This document shows positions 8,319 through 17,509 of a DNA stretch of 64,000 nucleotides, one piece after another. The notes beneath the pieces were generated by a model. It searched no databases, was not told the DNA's origin, and saw only the letters and a list, made by a program, of their open reading frames with translations. The stretch comes from a virus. Taxonomy: Duplodnaviria; Heunggongvirae; Uroviricota; Caudoviricetes. The stretch's first letter is position 1. Each line of letters starts with the position of its first letter. The DNA is taken from IMG/VR virus record IMGVR_UViG_3300034082_001974; one strand, written 5' to 3'. Made by a program: the position numbers and the translations under genes.

Positions 8319-8714
8319 TTATCTAAACCTCTTCGGTATCTTTGGTTTCTGTACTGTTCCTGTAGTATTTGAAACTCTTTTAGATGCATACTCTGGATCC
8401 ATCACTATTGAATAGTGTCTTCTTCCTAATGCATCAGTACCTCTTTGCCCTTGAGTTTTAACTGCCTTTGCACCTTTTTCTGGTTGGTCTTTAATGGACT
8501 TCTTAGGTACTAACATTGTGACATTTGATGTCTTTTCACCTTTTCTCTTCGCAAATCCACGAGCAGTGTTAGGGTGAGTGGCAGCATGTACCTCATCACC
8601 CTTGTATCCTGATTTTTTGATCTTTTCAGCAGTATCTGATGATGTACCATGATGTACTCTTACCATCTTCAATCGTTTTTCTGCTTCAGAGATAAACTGC
8701 GAATATGTTTGCAT
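8319..8714 (-). CDS. hypothetical basic protein
   Basis: track ORF. Confidence 0.55.
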   Translation of the reverse strand: MQTYSQFISEAEKRLKMVRVHHGTSSDTAEKIKKSGYKGDEVHAATHPNTARGFAKRKGEKTSNVTMLVPKKSIKDQPEKGAKAVKTQGQRGTDALGRRHYSIVMDPEYASKRVSNTTGTVQKPKIPKRFR

Positions 8715-9062
8715 TCAATTATTTTCAAGAATCTCATTTACCCAATCTTCACTGATATTCATTGCCATTACTTCAGCACTCCTAACATTATCAGCATATC
8801 CTTCTACGAACAGATATTCTGCAACTGATTCAAATACACTAGAACCATCTTTTCTCTTCAGTCCTTGTGATTTTAATTTTGCTCTTCCTGCTTTCTGTTT
8901 TGTTGCTTTTTCAGCTGCTTCCCTTCTTCTTTGAATGGCATCCGATTGTGCAAATTGCGTTGCTTCATCAGGTTCATCGTTTTCGCGTTCAACCAAATGA
9001 TTCACATTTTCATTAAGAATGTGTGCATTAGTAATATTAAAATAATTGTCGGAAGTAAACAT
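8715..9062 (-). CDS. hypothetical protein with EGYAD...MAMNISEDW domain (paralog of C-terminal region of 39453..40127)
   Basis: track ORF; shared motif L/F-x-EGYAD-x3-SA-x3-MA-x-MSEDW. Confidence 0.55.
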   Translation of the reverse strand: MFTSDNYFNITNAHILNENVNHLVERENDEPDEATQFAQSDAIQRRREAAEKATKQKAGRAKLKSQGLKRKDGSSVFESVAEYLFVEGYADNVRSAEVMAMNISEDWVNEILENN

Positions 9063-9119
9063 AATACGAAAGAATATCTTTAGTATTATTTAGTTTCATT
9101 ATTAATTGACCATCTAACA

Positions 9120-9443
9120 TCATTCAAACTCTTTCCGCAATTTCTCATACTCTTTGCGTCGGTGTTCTTTTGATACGATTTTAGCAGCATCTTTGATTTG
9201 TTTTTCTTTCTCCAGTTGCTTCATTCGTTTCTCATATTCTTTGTCGTTTTCTTCACGATGCTTGTAGAGATAAAAAACTTCGTGGTCTTCAGTCCATTGA
9301 TCACTTCCCATTTCAATGCCCTCCCAACCCTTATCTAGTTGAGATTGAAGTTCGGAGATAATATTTTCAAGAGAATCTTCAAAGTAAGATTCGCAATATC
9401 TTTCGGTTTCTTTGACTTGAATGCGGTTAGGTTGTTTAGTCAT
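9120..9443 (-). CDS. hypothetical charged coiled-coil protein
   Basis: track ORF. Confidence 0.55.
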   Translation of the reverse strand: MTKQPNRIQVKETERYCESYFEDSLENIISELQSQLDKGWEGIEMGSDQWTEDHEVFYLYKHREENDKEYEKRMKQLEKEKQIKDAAKIVSKEHRRKEYEKLRKEFE

Positions 9444-9454
9444 CGTTCAATAAT

Positions 9455-9757
9455 TTAAATAAAGGAAAATTCGGGGTCTTTAACTGCGAGAACTATTTTA
9501 GAATGTTCTCTCACTCTTTCTCTCATATAACTCATATAATCCAATTCCTCTACATCTTTCCAAATACCATTGGTATGAGAACGCACCCATTCAAGATACC
9601 TACGACGAACACCCTCGTGCCCACCATCAGGTTCTTTGGTTTCTGGATTATAAGACAAACACATCCAAGTGATAAAGGTTGGTGTCTGCCAGAGGTCAAT
9701 ATCACAATCGGTTGTCTTATCGGTCAAAGTTAGATTCATACTCATCGCTCTGCCCAA
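9455..9757 (-). CDS. hypothetical protein
   Basis: track ORF. Confidence 0.5.
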   Translation of the reverse strand: MGRAMSMNLTLTDKTTDCDIDLWQTPTFITWMCLSYNPETKEPDGGHEGVRRRYLEWVRSHTNGIWKDVEELDYMSYMRERVREHSKIVLAVKDPEFSFI

Positions 9758-10002
9758 TCCCTCAAATCAATTACTTCATACCAATCACAATTCCTATCAT
9801 ACTCTCCACCTTTTGCGACATAGGTTGTGTGAGTGGATTTGATTTCTCCTTTGTTTTTACCTTTGGAATAATAATCGTGAATTTCTTTAAACTCTACTTG
9901 TTCCCGTGCTTCCTTTTCAGTTTCATAGCACCCAATCCAGTCTCCAGTGCCGCTTTCTGGATAATAATAATCTCCTACAATCAATAAAAATGGTTTTCTC
10001 AT
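9742..10002 (-). CDS. hypothetical protein
   Basis: track ORF; element 10059-10086 and TATACT box upstream. Confidence 0.5.
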   Translation of the reverse strand: MRKPFLLIVGDYYYPESGTGDWIGCYETEKEAREQVEFKEIHDYYSKGKNKGEIKSTHTTYVAKGGEYDRNCDWYEVIDLRDWAER

Positions 10003-10058
10003 TTCAGTTCGTTGGTTGTTCTTTCATAGTATAGTATCCCACACACCATCCCAGAGCA

Positions 10059-10086
10059 CCCCTTGTGCCGGTTCTTCAAGTGTCTC
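10059..10086 (-). promoter_or_regulatory. conserved intergenic element
   Basis: copy 6. Confidence 0.6.
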
Positions 10087-10306
10087 CCCTCACTTCCTCA
10101 TAAGTCGTCACATCTAAACGGGATTTGCCTACCCACATTTTACCACAAGAAAGGCAATTCACTTTGAAAGTTGTTATATTTGCATCGGGGTTAGTATTCA
10201 CTCCATTTTTATCATAGACTGGAATATATGATGCAAGAGTTGATGATCCACCACTATGAGAAAAAGCACAATCCTCTCTAGGACATTCTGGATTTGGGTT
10301 TTTCAT
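10076..10306 (-). CDS. hypothetical Cys-rich (zinc-ribbon-like) protein
   Basis: track ORF; CxxC...CxxC; stop inside conserved element. Confidence 0.5.
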   Translation of the reverse strand: MKNPNPECPREDCAFSHSGGSSTLASYIPVYDKNGVNTNPDANITTFKVNCLSCGKMWVGKSRLDVTTYEEVRGDT

Positions 10307-11001
10307 TCTGGAATACTCTTCAAAGCATTCTCAATAGTATCAAGAATTTCAGGAATCACATCACTATGCTTCCTCACAGTCTCAAAATCTTTCAGTGCCT
10401 GTGATTTTAGAGTTGGTTTTGGACGACGATACTCACGGAGATATGGAACCAAATGTTCTTGGTCGGTACAGTTCAACTCAATTGAAACCCATTCAATACA
10501 CCTTTCCAGTTCCTCATCAGCAGCGAGTTGCTGAAGATACTGGATATTCTCTCGGAGACACTCTACAACTTTCTCTGGTGTTGGAGTTTTTCCTTTCCAT
10601 TCCCAAAGAGCAGGACTATCACCACCAAGTTCATCAATCAATCCTGAGAGTGCTGTTGCCCATCGTTTGGTCTCAATTTCCACCATATTAATTGGTTTGG
10701 GTTGTTTTGGATACATAGGTTCCTCTGTGTTTTGTGTTACGAATACTTTGAGCGTTTTTCCATCATCCTGTAGCGATGTGGTGATTTTATTGTACGGGTT
10801 CCAGTGCACATACTCTCTTGTATCTGTGATTACTTCAACTCTTGTGATTACTGGTTTTGGGGTCCTGAGAGCGTCAATATAACGGTCAAGAACAGCATCT
10901 GCTCTCACCATATAGGTGGCGGCAGGAATCTCCCCTATAGCCGCAAAGTTGCGTATTTCAATCAGACTCTCTGCGAGTTCTTTCGTTAGATTGTTAATCA
11001 T
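10303..11001 (-). CDS. hypothetical protein
   Basis: track ORF 232 aa. Confidence 0.6.
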   Translation of the reverse strand: MINNLTKELAESLIEIRNFAAIGEIPAATYMVRADAVLDRYIDALRTPKPVITRVEVITDTREYVHWNPYNKITTSLQDDGKTLKVFVTQNTEEPMYPKQPKPINMVEIETKRWATALSGLIDELGGDSPALWEWKGKTPTPEKVVECLRENIQYLQQLAADEELERCIEWVSIELNCTDQEHLVPYLREYRRPKPTLKSQALKDFETVRKHSDVIPEILDTIENALKSIPE

Positions 11002-11291
11002 TTTAGTTTCTCTATATGTCGTTTAGCAAATTCACTCATTTTTTTAAGTTCATCTCGTCCCTCATCACTCAAAAAGTATTCGGCATCATTTACCCAGGTG
11101 CTCGCCCCAGAACTGTCTATTTTTATCTCTGGTTTATAAGGTTTCTTTTTAATATCCTCGTATCTTTTTTTAACATCATCATAAGTTTTAATAGCATCAT
11201 ATCTACTAGGATTGAAGGCATTTGCGATAGTATAAAATCCTTCTCCAATAGAAGCAAATCCCATAGAAATATATTTAAGAAAGTTAGTCAT
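10998..11291 (-). CDS. hypothetical protein
   Basis: track ORF. Confidence 0.5.
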   Translation of the reverse strand: MTNFLKYISMGFASIGEGFYTIANAFNPSRYDAIKTYDDVKKRYEDIKKKPYKPEIKIDSSGASTWVNDAEYFLSDEGRDELKKMSEFAKRHIEKLK

Positions 11292-11467
11292 TGGAGCGCC
11301 TCCAGTTCATCAGCATACTTATAAAGAATACCAGGATACCCATTCATAGTGTCTGGGACGGTTCGCAAAGCAGTCACAAGTGCCTCACGCATATCATCTG
11401 TGGGTTCCTGGGTAAGTTCTCCACAAAAGGCGTCCCAGATTTTTTGTGTCCTCTCAGTGATGGTCAT
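11288..11467 (-). CDS. hypothetical small protein (~59 aa)
   Basis: manual minus ORF filling gap; ATGA overlaps at both ends. Confidence 0.45.
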   Translation of the reverse strand: MTITERTQKIWDAFCGELTQEPTDDMREALVTALRTVPDTMNGYPGILYKYADELEALQ

Positions 11468-11700
11468 TTCCGTGCCTCATAATAATATTTTGCATCTATT
11501 CCACAAGTATCAATTGTAGAATAACTGATTCTTTCGCAAGAGCAGAATGGTTGGACACTCTTTCCAGACACCAAATCATTACCTCTCGGTCTTACGCACC
11601 TAGCATACTCAAGTCCGTCTCCAAACCCAAGGGTGAAAATTATTTCAGCAATTTCGGGGCGGCAGTGCTTACAATTTTTACAGTATTTGAGGTCGGTCAT
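11464..11700 (-). CDS. hypothetical Cys-rich protein
   Basis: track ORF. Confidence 0.5.
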   Translation of the reverse strand: MTDLKYCKNCKHCRPEIAEIIFTLGFGDGLEYARCVRPRGNDLVSGKSVQPFCSCERISYSTIDTCGIDAKYYYEARK

Positions 11701-11987
11701 TAATTTAGTGAATGATTAGGGTCAGTGTGTCCTGTTGCTGGAGTCCAAAGAACAGAGAGTTTTTTACCTTTTGTTGAGATGTTTATGTGGTCTATTTGTC
11801 CGCTTTTGCGTGTGATACCAATCCACATCGCATCATCATCAAGTCTTTCTGCGTGAAACATCTCAATATCCTGAACGATAATCTCATCAGGATTTTTAGT
11901 TTCCTGTTTTGGGAAATCTGTCCTATTCTCCCGTTCCCTATGTTCTGCTATATCCAACATTTCCTCATAATTCAACGGTTTCGTCAT
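11700..11987 (-). CDS. hypothetical protein
   Basis: track ORF. Confidence 0.5.
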   Translation of the reverse strand: MTKPLNYEEMLDIAEHRERENRTDFPKQETKNPDEIIVQDIEMFHAERLDDDAMWIGITRKSGQIDHINISTKGKKLSVLWTPATGHTDPNHSLN

Positions 11988-12169
11988 TCTTCCTCCATCT
12001 CAAAACTCATATCATAATATGGCCCTAGTACTTCTGCTTTACTATAACACCAATTACAAAACTCCATACTTTCTATCATATCAACATCCCAACCACAACA
12101 TTCCACGGCAGTATGAAGTGTAGAAAGAAACTCTGGAGTAAGAAGTTCTTTTAGTTCTTGTTTCGCCAT
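11984..12169 (-). CDS. hypothetical protein
   Basis: track ORF. Confidence 0.45.
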   Translation of the reverse strand: MAKQELKELLTPEFLSTLHTAVECCGWDVDMIESMEFCNWCYSKAEVLGPYYDMSFEMEEE

Positions 12170-12396
12170 AATAGTTCAAGTTCATCACAAATAGCATCAA
12201 TTTCGTGAATAGCATCATCCCAACCATTCACATAACTTACGTGACAATCATCCCTCCAATTTACATTCTCATTAGTTCCCGAAATAAGTTCTCGTAGTTT
12301 CTCAAGAGTTTCTTTGAGTGCCCAGGCAGTATTATGATGTTTGCTATTGGAGATTACCCGTAGGAGTTCTTCTGCGATTTGTTGATTTGTAGTCAT
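12151..12396 (-). CDS. hypothetical protein (N-terminus MTTNQQIAEELL duplicated at 12964-13002)
   Basis: track ORF. Confidence 0.5.
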   Translation of the reverse strand: MTTNQQIAEELLRVISNSKHHNTAWALKETLEKLRELISGTNENVNWRDDCHVSYVNGWDDAIHEIDAICDELELLWRNKN

Positions 12397-12560
12397 TTTA
12401 GTGCATCAATAAATGTGTTATACATCCAAGAGATTACGAGTGCTTGTGCCCAAGTGAGAGGAAAGAAAGACACAAGTGCCCAACCAACTAATCCTATAAC
12501 AACATAAAATCCAATTGTTTCACCAATCTTTTCGGCAGACTTTTCAGTCATTTTAGTCAT
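12393..12560 (-). CDS. hypothetical small membrane protein (~55 aa, one TM)
   Basis: manual ORF; ATGA overlaps both neighbours. Confidence 0.4.
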   Translation of the reverse strand: MTKMTEKSAEKIGETIGFYVVIGLVGWALVSFFPLTWAQALVISWMYNTFIDALK

Positions 12561-12901
12561 TCCACACCCTCACTCATAAGAACTTTAAGAGCATCCCATT
12601 CATCCGTAGTCAGCATATCTTTCACTTTCTCTATAACTTCTTTACTTGATTCTCGTTTCTGAATTTCTTCTGTGGTATAATACTGAGCGGGTTTTCCATC
12701 TGCATCACCATAAGGAATTGCATCATACCAACCTTGGTTTGGGAATAGTTTACATAATGCGCCTATATTTACATACCTTGGTCTCTCATTTTCTACAATA
12801 TCTTGAATATGAGACCACGCAACATCTTCTGCGGTCTCACTGTCATCAGCAACTACCATTACATCGTAAATAACAGAGATGGGATAAAGTTTTTTCGTCA
12901 T
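12557..12901 (-). CDS. hypothetical protein
   Basis: track ORF. Confidence 0.55.
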   Translation of the reverse strand: MTKKLYPISVIYDVMVVADDSETAEDVAWSHIQDIVENERPRYVNIGALCKLFPNQGWYDAIPYGDADGKPAQYYTTEEIQKRESSKEVIEKVKDMLTTDEWDALKVLMSEGVE

Positions 12902-13002
12902 TTGGAGTTCCTCTTGTGTGTATGGGAAATAGAATTGGGAGTAGATGGATTTGCACCATCATTGCTAAGTAGGAGTTCTTCTGCGATTTGTTGATTAGTC
13001 AT
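12898..13002 (-). pseudogene. 34-aa ORF starting MTNQQIAEELL, remnant duplicate of 5' end of 12151..12396
   Basis: ~30-bp direct repeat TAGGAGTTCTTCTGCGATTTGTTGATT at 12360-12396 and 12966-13002. Confidence 0.3.
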
Positions 13003-13003
13003 T

Positions 13004-13501
13004 TCAGTTCTCCACCACTTTGATTTCTTGAGTGTAAGAACTTCTATTTACAAAGCAGTCATCAAGCACTTCAGGTTCAGAATAATACTCCACATATCCT
13101 TCTTCTGATGCTTCAAACCCATTTTCTTCACAACACATAAAATACTCTTCAGGAGTATAAATCACAGTGCGAATAATCTTCACAAGTTTTAGATTGGGAT
13201 AGTTCTTCTCTTCCCTCTTGAGACGGTCAATCTCCTTCTGCATTTCTGCAATCTGATTTTCCAGTTGTTCGTATTTTTTCATAGGTTTGATTTCCTCAAT
13301 GTGAATGATGTCTCCTGCGGTGGGTTCATCGGAATCTAACTCAAAACCATCATAGGTATGCTGACACTCATAATCACCTTCATCATTTTTATAATAATAA
13401 GGGTTGCCTGTAGCATTCTTTGTTATTTTACCTTCACAAATACATCCATTCCTCAAAGTCACTCGGACATTCTTATCAACAAACTGTGAAAGGTCAATCA
13501 T
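13004..13501 (-). CDS. hypothetical protein (N-terminal domain paralogous to 32470..32982)
   Basis: track ORF; element 13557-13583 and CCTATAATACACTCATACACA box upstream. Confidence 0.55.
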   Translation of the reverse strand: MIDLSQFVDKNVRVTLRNGCICEGKITKNATGNPYYYKNDEGDYECQHTYDGFELDSDEPTAGDIIHIEEIKPMKKYEQLENQIAEMQKEIDRLKREEKNYPNLKLVKIIRTVIYTPEEYFMCCEENGFEASEEGYVEYYSEPEVLDDCFVNRSSYTQEIKVVEN

Positions 13502-13556
13502 TGTGGTTCTGTGTGTATGAGTGTATTATAGGGTATTATGGACGGTTGTGGAGTTC

Positions 13557-13583
13557 CCTTGTGACGGTTCAAAGAGTGTCCTA
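13557..13583 (-). promoter_or_regulatory. conserved intergenic element
   Basis: copy 7. Confidence 0.6.
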
Positions 13584-13614
13584 CCCCTCAAGTTCTCCAT
13601 CCAATATCAGTGAT

Positions 13615-13749
13615 TTTATCTTCAAGTCGGGAGCACAAGGATTCCAAATCTTCAATCTTACATTCTAATCTAAACTTCGAATCATATTCAAGTTCATAAA
13701 TGCGGTCTTCAAGTTGTTGAAATCGTTGTTCAAGTTGTTCTTCAGTCAT
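13615..13749 (-). CDS. hypothetical small coiled-coil protein (~44 aa)
   Basis: manual ORF; overlaps the stop of 13742..13993 by a few nt (ATG at ~13749-13747). Confidence 0.3.
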
Positions 13750-13993
13750 TTTCAAGTTCCTTTGCTATTTTTTTAATCCAAATAATATCAAGTGCATCTG
13801 CTTTTCTTCCTGTTGCTCTACCCCATTTATTATAATGAACTCCACCACCATTTCCTAAATCAAATACAAAAGGACGGTCATCATCTGGATGCCTATGAAG
13901 CATTACAATTTTACCATAAAAAGTTTTATCGTCTCTGCGAACAACCTTGACAACATATCCAACACATTCTTCAAGGTCAACAAGTTCAGTCAT
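13742..13993 (-). CDS. hypothetical protein
   Basis: track ORF. Confidence 0.5.
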   Translation of the reverse strand: MTELVDLEECVGYVVKVVRRDDKTFYGKIVMLHRHPDDDRPFVFDLGNGGGVHYNKWGRATGRKADALDIIWIKKIAKELEND

Positions 13994-14225
13994 TCAAAAC
14001 ATCTCCAAGTTTAATGTCTTTGTTTCTCTGGTCTTTATGATACACCAAGCAATCCTTATTCCATCCCGATTCTTTCAGTACGATGTGGTTATAGGGAGTA
14101 GCATTAACATCTTTAAGGTATTCAGTATCCATAATCGCCTGCTCAAAAGTTCTTGCTTGTGTAGAATCTTCTGCTAAAACCCAACCAGATTTGGTAACTT
14201 CAACATAAAATAGTTTTTGAGTCAT
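13986..14225 (-). CDS. hypothetical protein
   Basis: track ORF. Confidence 0.5.
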   Translation of the reverse strand: MTQKLFYVEVTKSGWVLAEDSTQARTFEQAIMDTEYLKDVNATPYNHIVLKESGWNKDCLVYHKDQRNKDIKLGDVLND

Positions 14226-14545
14226 TTGTTCTCTCCTAATGTTTTTTTAAATTGATGTGAATAGTTCATTTCCGACCAAATATCATTCAGTTCTGCCCAG
14301 AATACTTCAGGATTTGAGTGATACCGTCTATCAGTCATACGATAAGACCACGCCTCAAAGGCATAATGAACGCTCTTCCATCCACAGATATACCTATCCA
14401 ACCACAGAGGAGTCCAATCGTCATTTCGGTAATCAAATGGATTCCAGCGATAATGAGGTTGACACCACTCATCCCAGGCATTTGTGTGTCCTTGAAGATA
14501 GTTGTAGGTATTGACCCACCGTTTGTATTTTTCAAGTAGGTTCAT
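14222..14545 (-). CDS. hypothetical Trp-rich protein
   Basis: track ORF. Confidence 0.55.
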   Translation of the reverse strand: MNLLEKYKRWVNTYNYLQGHTNAWDEWCQPHYRWNPFDYRNDDWTPLWLDRYICGWKSVHYAFEAWSYRMTDRRYHSNPEVFWAELNDIWSEMNYSHQFKKTLGENK

Positions 14546-14703
14546 TCGTCAGTCTCCAAGTAATCACCAGTAGTATAAAGAAATAAAACACCAGTTAAAA
14601 CCAGAGCAGAAATCCAAAGATTACCATCAGAAATTGTGTTTACTCCAATACCCAGAAAGATAAGTAGAGGTATTTGAAGTAGGAATTTGAATACAAATTT
14701 CAT
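14542..14703 (-). CDS. hypothetical small membrane protein (~53 aa)
   Basis: manual ORF; ATGA overlap downstream, TAAAATG upstream. Confidence 0.4.
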   Translation of the reverse strand: MKFVFKFLLQIPLLIFLGIGVNTISDGNLWISALVLTGVLFLYTTGDYLETDE

Positions 14704-14704
14704 T

Positions 14705-14974
14705 TTAGTTCATCATCCAACAGTTGTTTTCATCATCCCAGTGCCGACTATCGTAAAACCTAAAATCTACACTATATCCAAAAAGACCAACCCCTACATT
14801 AACTCCTGCGTGGTCGGTTCTAGTTTTCCAAGAAAATTCAAAGGAAACTATATCAGCAGAGCGAAAGAAGTCAAAATCCCAATACTTATGACGAAATGGA
14901 GTTTTACGAGTAGTAGACCAGATGTTTCCCCACCTATCAATCGGAAGTTCAATTTTGAAGTTAAAGTTAATCAT
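14705..14974 (-). CDS. hypothetical protein
   Basis: track ORF. Confidence 0.5.
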   Translation of the reverse strand: MINFNFKIELPIDRWGNIWSTTRKTPFRHKYWDFDFFRSADIVSFEFSWKTRTDHAGVNVGVGLFGYSVDFRFYDSRHWDDENNCWMMN

Positions 14975-15135
14975 TTTAGTTCATCTCCTTTATTAAGAAT
15001 ATCAGTCAGTTGATTTATGATTTTATCCAGTTTCCTACCATTACCCAAATATTGAGTATCAGCATCCCACAAATAACAGGCAAGACTTTCAAGTTGAGGA
15101 ATAATCATAGCACGAATTTGTTGTTCTTTAGTCAT
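14971..15135 (-). CDS. hypothetical small protein (~54 aa)
   Basis: manual ORF; ATGA overlap. Confidence 0.4.
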   Translation of the reverse strand: MTKEQQIRAMIIPQLESLACYLWDADTQYLGNGRKLDKIINQLTDILNKGDELK

Positions 15136-15278
15136 CAGTAATTCTCATCAACATGAAGTTCAGATTCATCTTCTCTACCTTTATCATACATTTCTCGGGC
15201 AAACTTTAAGAGTGGTTCGTTTACAAATTCATCAAGTCCACAGGTTATAGCAAGTTTAAAAATTTCTGCATCAGTCAT
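15135..15278 (-). CDS. hypothetical small protein (~47 aa)
   Basis: manual ORF; TGAAATG junction. Confidence 0.4.
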   Translation of the reverse strand: MTDAEIFKLAITCGLDEFVNEPLLKFAREMYDKGREDESELHVDENY

Positions 15279-15279
15279 T

Positions 15280-15669
15280 TCATTCTCCAATAAGTTCTAC
15301 AAAGTCTCTAAAGTAGTTATAGACTTCAAGGTAACCTAAAGAGTGTCCGTGTTCCCAAGCGAGTTCAAAACATTTGAACCTTTTAGGATTATTAGTCACA
15401 CCATAGTCTTCAAACAAATCATTCTTGAACTCTTCGTGAAGTTTAGTACTTTCAGTATCATATTGTTTGAGATGTGCTTTACATGCTTCTTCATCCAAAA
15501 CTTCTTGAATGACTGCATTAGGATATTCTTCTTTTAGTTCTGCTTTATCCTTTTCCCAAGTAGGACCAGACCAAAGAACTACACCCTTATCATAAACATA
15601 AGAGGTGATGTAATCCTTTTTGTTGGGATAAAAAGTTTGTGGTTTGGAATAATAATCAAAAGGTTTCAT
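15280..15669 (-). CDS. hypothetical protein (start trimmed to MKPFDYYSK...)
   Basis: track ORF 15280..15816 overlaps next gene by 146 nt; internal ATG gives TGAAATG junction. Confidence 0.5.
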   Translation of the reverse strand: MKPFDYYSKPQTFYPNKKDYITSYVYDKGVVLWSGPTWEKDKAELKEEYPNAVIQEVLDEEACKAHLKQYDTESTKLHEEFKNDLFEDYGVTNNPKRFKCFELAWEHGHSLGYLEVYNYFRDFVELIGE

Positions 15670-15670
15670 T

Positions 15671-15892
15671 TCAGTTCTCCTTGAAGAGTTTGTAGATGGC
15701 ATCAGCAATAGCAAGTGCTTCTTCCTTTCCCATACAAATATGTTGAATTCGTTTATCACCTCGTTCAGTATCTTCTTCCCAATAAGAAATGGTGCATCCA
15801 TCGCATCCCCCATCAAGGTGAGTATCCTCTACATTATACCAAAAATCTTGGTGTTGTTGAATGCGAACTTGGTTTGTGATTTCAATAGTCAT
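15671..15892 (-). CDS. hypothetical protein
   Basis: track ORF; element 15951-15976 plus TATAATACACTCATACACA box upstream. Confidence 0.5.
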   Translation of the reverse strand: MTIEITNQVRIQQHQDFWYNVEDTHLDGGCDGCTISYWEEDTERGDKRIQHICMGKEEALAIADAIYKLFKEN

Positions 15893-15950
15893 TTGGAGTT
15901 TGTCTTGTGTATGAGTGTATTATAAGGCATCTGGTGACCCTGTGGAGGGT

Positions 15951-15976
15951 GTTTGTGCCGGTTTCTCAAGTGTCCC
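15951..15976 (-). promoter_or_regulatory. conserved intergenic element
   Basis: copy 8. Confidence 0.6.
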
Positions 15977-16163
15977 CAACAGAGTTGAGAGCAAGACCAA
16001 TTCTACTAATTTTATTTTCTAAACTATTGTAATACTGATAAACATAATTATCATCAAGATTATCATTTTTTGCTTTCCTCACAAGAGCAAGCAAATCGTT
16101 AATCTCATAATTACTAAAGGGTTCTACCGTCCATTCACCGATAGATACAACTTTTTTAGTCAT
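15966..16163 (-). CDS. hypothetical protein
   Basis: track ORF; element 16220-16246 plus TATAATACATTCATACACA box upstream. Confidence 0.5.
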   Translation of the reverse strand: MTKKVVSIGEWTVEPFSNYEINDLLALVRKAKNDNLDDNYVYQYYNSLENKISRIGLALNSVGDT

Positions 16164-16219
16164 CAGGTGTCTTTGTGTGTATGAATGTATTATAGGGCAT
16201 CTGGTGCCCCTGTGAAGTA

Positions 16220-16246
16220 CCCTTGTGCCGGTTTCTCAAGTGTCCT
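16220..16246 (-). promoter_or_regulatory. conserved intergenic element
   Basis: copy 9. Confidence 0.6.
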
Positions 16247-16275
16247 CGTTCTCTATTTCCGAATAGCGAATAATA

Positions 16276-16461
16276 TCATAATGCTTGGTATTCATCAAAA
16301 CCTTCTGGGTTAAAATGTCCTATAGTAAGTTTAATTGTTTCACCAGTAAGTTCGTGTTTTAATACAACTCTGTGTGAATATTGTTTCACTACGATATAAG
16401 CATCATTAGAGGTTTTATGCTTCCATCTGGAATTTATTTCAAGTTGTCTCATAATCATCAA
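16276..16461 (-). CDS. hypothetical protein
   Basis: track ORF. Confidence 0.45.
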   Translation of the reverse strand: MMIMRQLEINSRWKHKTSNDAYIVVKQYSHRVVLKHELTGETIKLTIGHFNPEGFDEYQAL

Positions 16462-16485
16462 AATCTCTGGGTTCTACAAGTGTCC

Positions 16486-17157
16486 TTATTCTAATCTTTT
16501 TCTTTTGGAAGTATCAATACCTTTTGCTTTTTGATACTTTGTTAGATTTCCCGCATTAGTTATAAATCCAGTTTCAAGGCATTCCCATCGTTGTGCGGCA
16601 ACTTTTTTTCCAGTTTCACTTAATTGCTCTGTTGTAAGTCTGTGAATACCTATTTTTAGTTTTCTTCTCGTTAGCAAACTTTGTCTTGCTGTTTTTTGTC
16701 GTTGTTCTTTGGTTAAACCACAAATACCAACACCAAGTTCTTTTACTTTTGCTCCACCTTTTTTTGCATTTTCTATTGTTTCTTCTTTTGTAAGTGAGTG
16801 AATACCAAGTTTCAATTCAGTTATTTTTTGACCTCCTTTTCTTCCTGCTATTCTTGCTTGTTTTATTGATATTGTTCCCGCACAACTTTCATTTAGACAC
16901 CAGTTATCAGTATTATAAACTGGTTTTATCAATCTTTGTTCTACTTTATTTGCTTCTATCCAACTTTCATCAGTAAAAGAAAATACTTCCAATATTTGTT
17001 TCTTTGGAGTATAAAGTTCCCAGCACCATTTATGAGTTTCAGGAGAACCCCAATACTCCTCATCAAATCTTTTTTCCTTATGAACTCCATAATAGTAATA
17101 TGGAACTTCTTCAAATGTGATTTTATACAAGTATATTCTTGGACTATAAGAAGTCAT
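16486..17157 (-). CDS. GIY-YIG homing endonuclease with NUMOD3-like repeats
   Basis: N-terminal RIYLYKITFEEVPYYYYGVHK (GIY...YIG-like); repeated GIHSLTKEE/GICGLTKEQ/GIHRLTTEQ modules; own terminator hairpin upstream; paralog at 37309..38106. Confidence 0.65.
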   Translation of the reverse strand: MTSYSPRIYLYKITFEEVPYYYYGVHKEKRFDEEYWGSPETHKWCWELYTPKKQILEVFSFTDESWIEANKVEQRLIKPVYNTDNWCLNESCAGTISIKQARIAGRKGGQKITELKLGIHSLTKEETIENAKKGGAKVKELGVGICGLTKEQRQKTARQSLLTRRKLKIGIHRLTTEQLSETGKKVAAQRWECLETGFITNAGNLTKYQKAKGIDTSKRKRLE

Positions 17158-17196
17158 AGTTCTACTTTACTAATACGGCATTACTATTTATACAAG

Positions 17197-17216
17197 AAAA
17201 GGTGCCCGAAAGCACC
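17197..17216 (-). terminator. hairpin GGTGC-TTTCGG-GCACC + TTTTCTT, upstream of GIY-YIG gene
   Basis: short GC stem; near-identical copy at 38154-38173. Confidence 0.35.
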
Positions 17217-17260
17217 CAATCTATACTTATTGAAATTGCCGTATCAGTAAGCATCTTTAT

Positions 17261-17509
17261 TTATGTAGTTTCATTTTCTTCCTCTATCACATCATCAAGT
17301 TCTTGAACATTACTCTCAAATTTTATAAATCTCAAATTATTCAAGTCCTCTAAAAGTTCATTCTTTCTTTCATTTATCTTTTGAATTTCTTCTTTGCTTT
17401 CTTCTGTATCACTTATGCTGTTTTCATACCATACAAGATACTGTTCGCAACCCTCAATCTCTTCAAGAACAAGTTTCTCACACCTTTCAATTGTTTCTAT
17501 GAGTTTCAT
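17261..17509 (-). CDS. hypothetical acidic protein
   Basis: track ORF. Confidence 0.5.
   Translation of the reverse strand: MKLIETIERCEKLVLEEIEGCEQYLVWYENSISDTEESKEEIQKINERKNELLEDLNNLRFIKFESNVQELDDVIEEENETT

Noticed and set aside
9455-9757. Possible phage Dam-like methyltransferase, on the basis of the DLWQTP segment
   Set aside because: The ORF has only 100 aa, with no DPPY or FxGxG motifs and no SAM-binding signature. The resemblance is too weak.
14335-14535. 66-aa minus ORF and 14257..14514 / 14318..14539 plus ORFs
   Set aside because: Alternative frames inside the confidently coding 14222..14545 gene.
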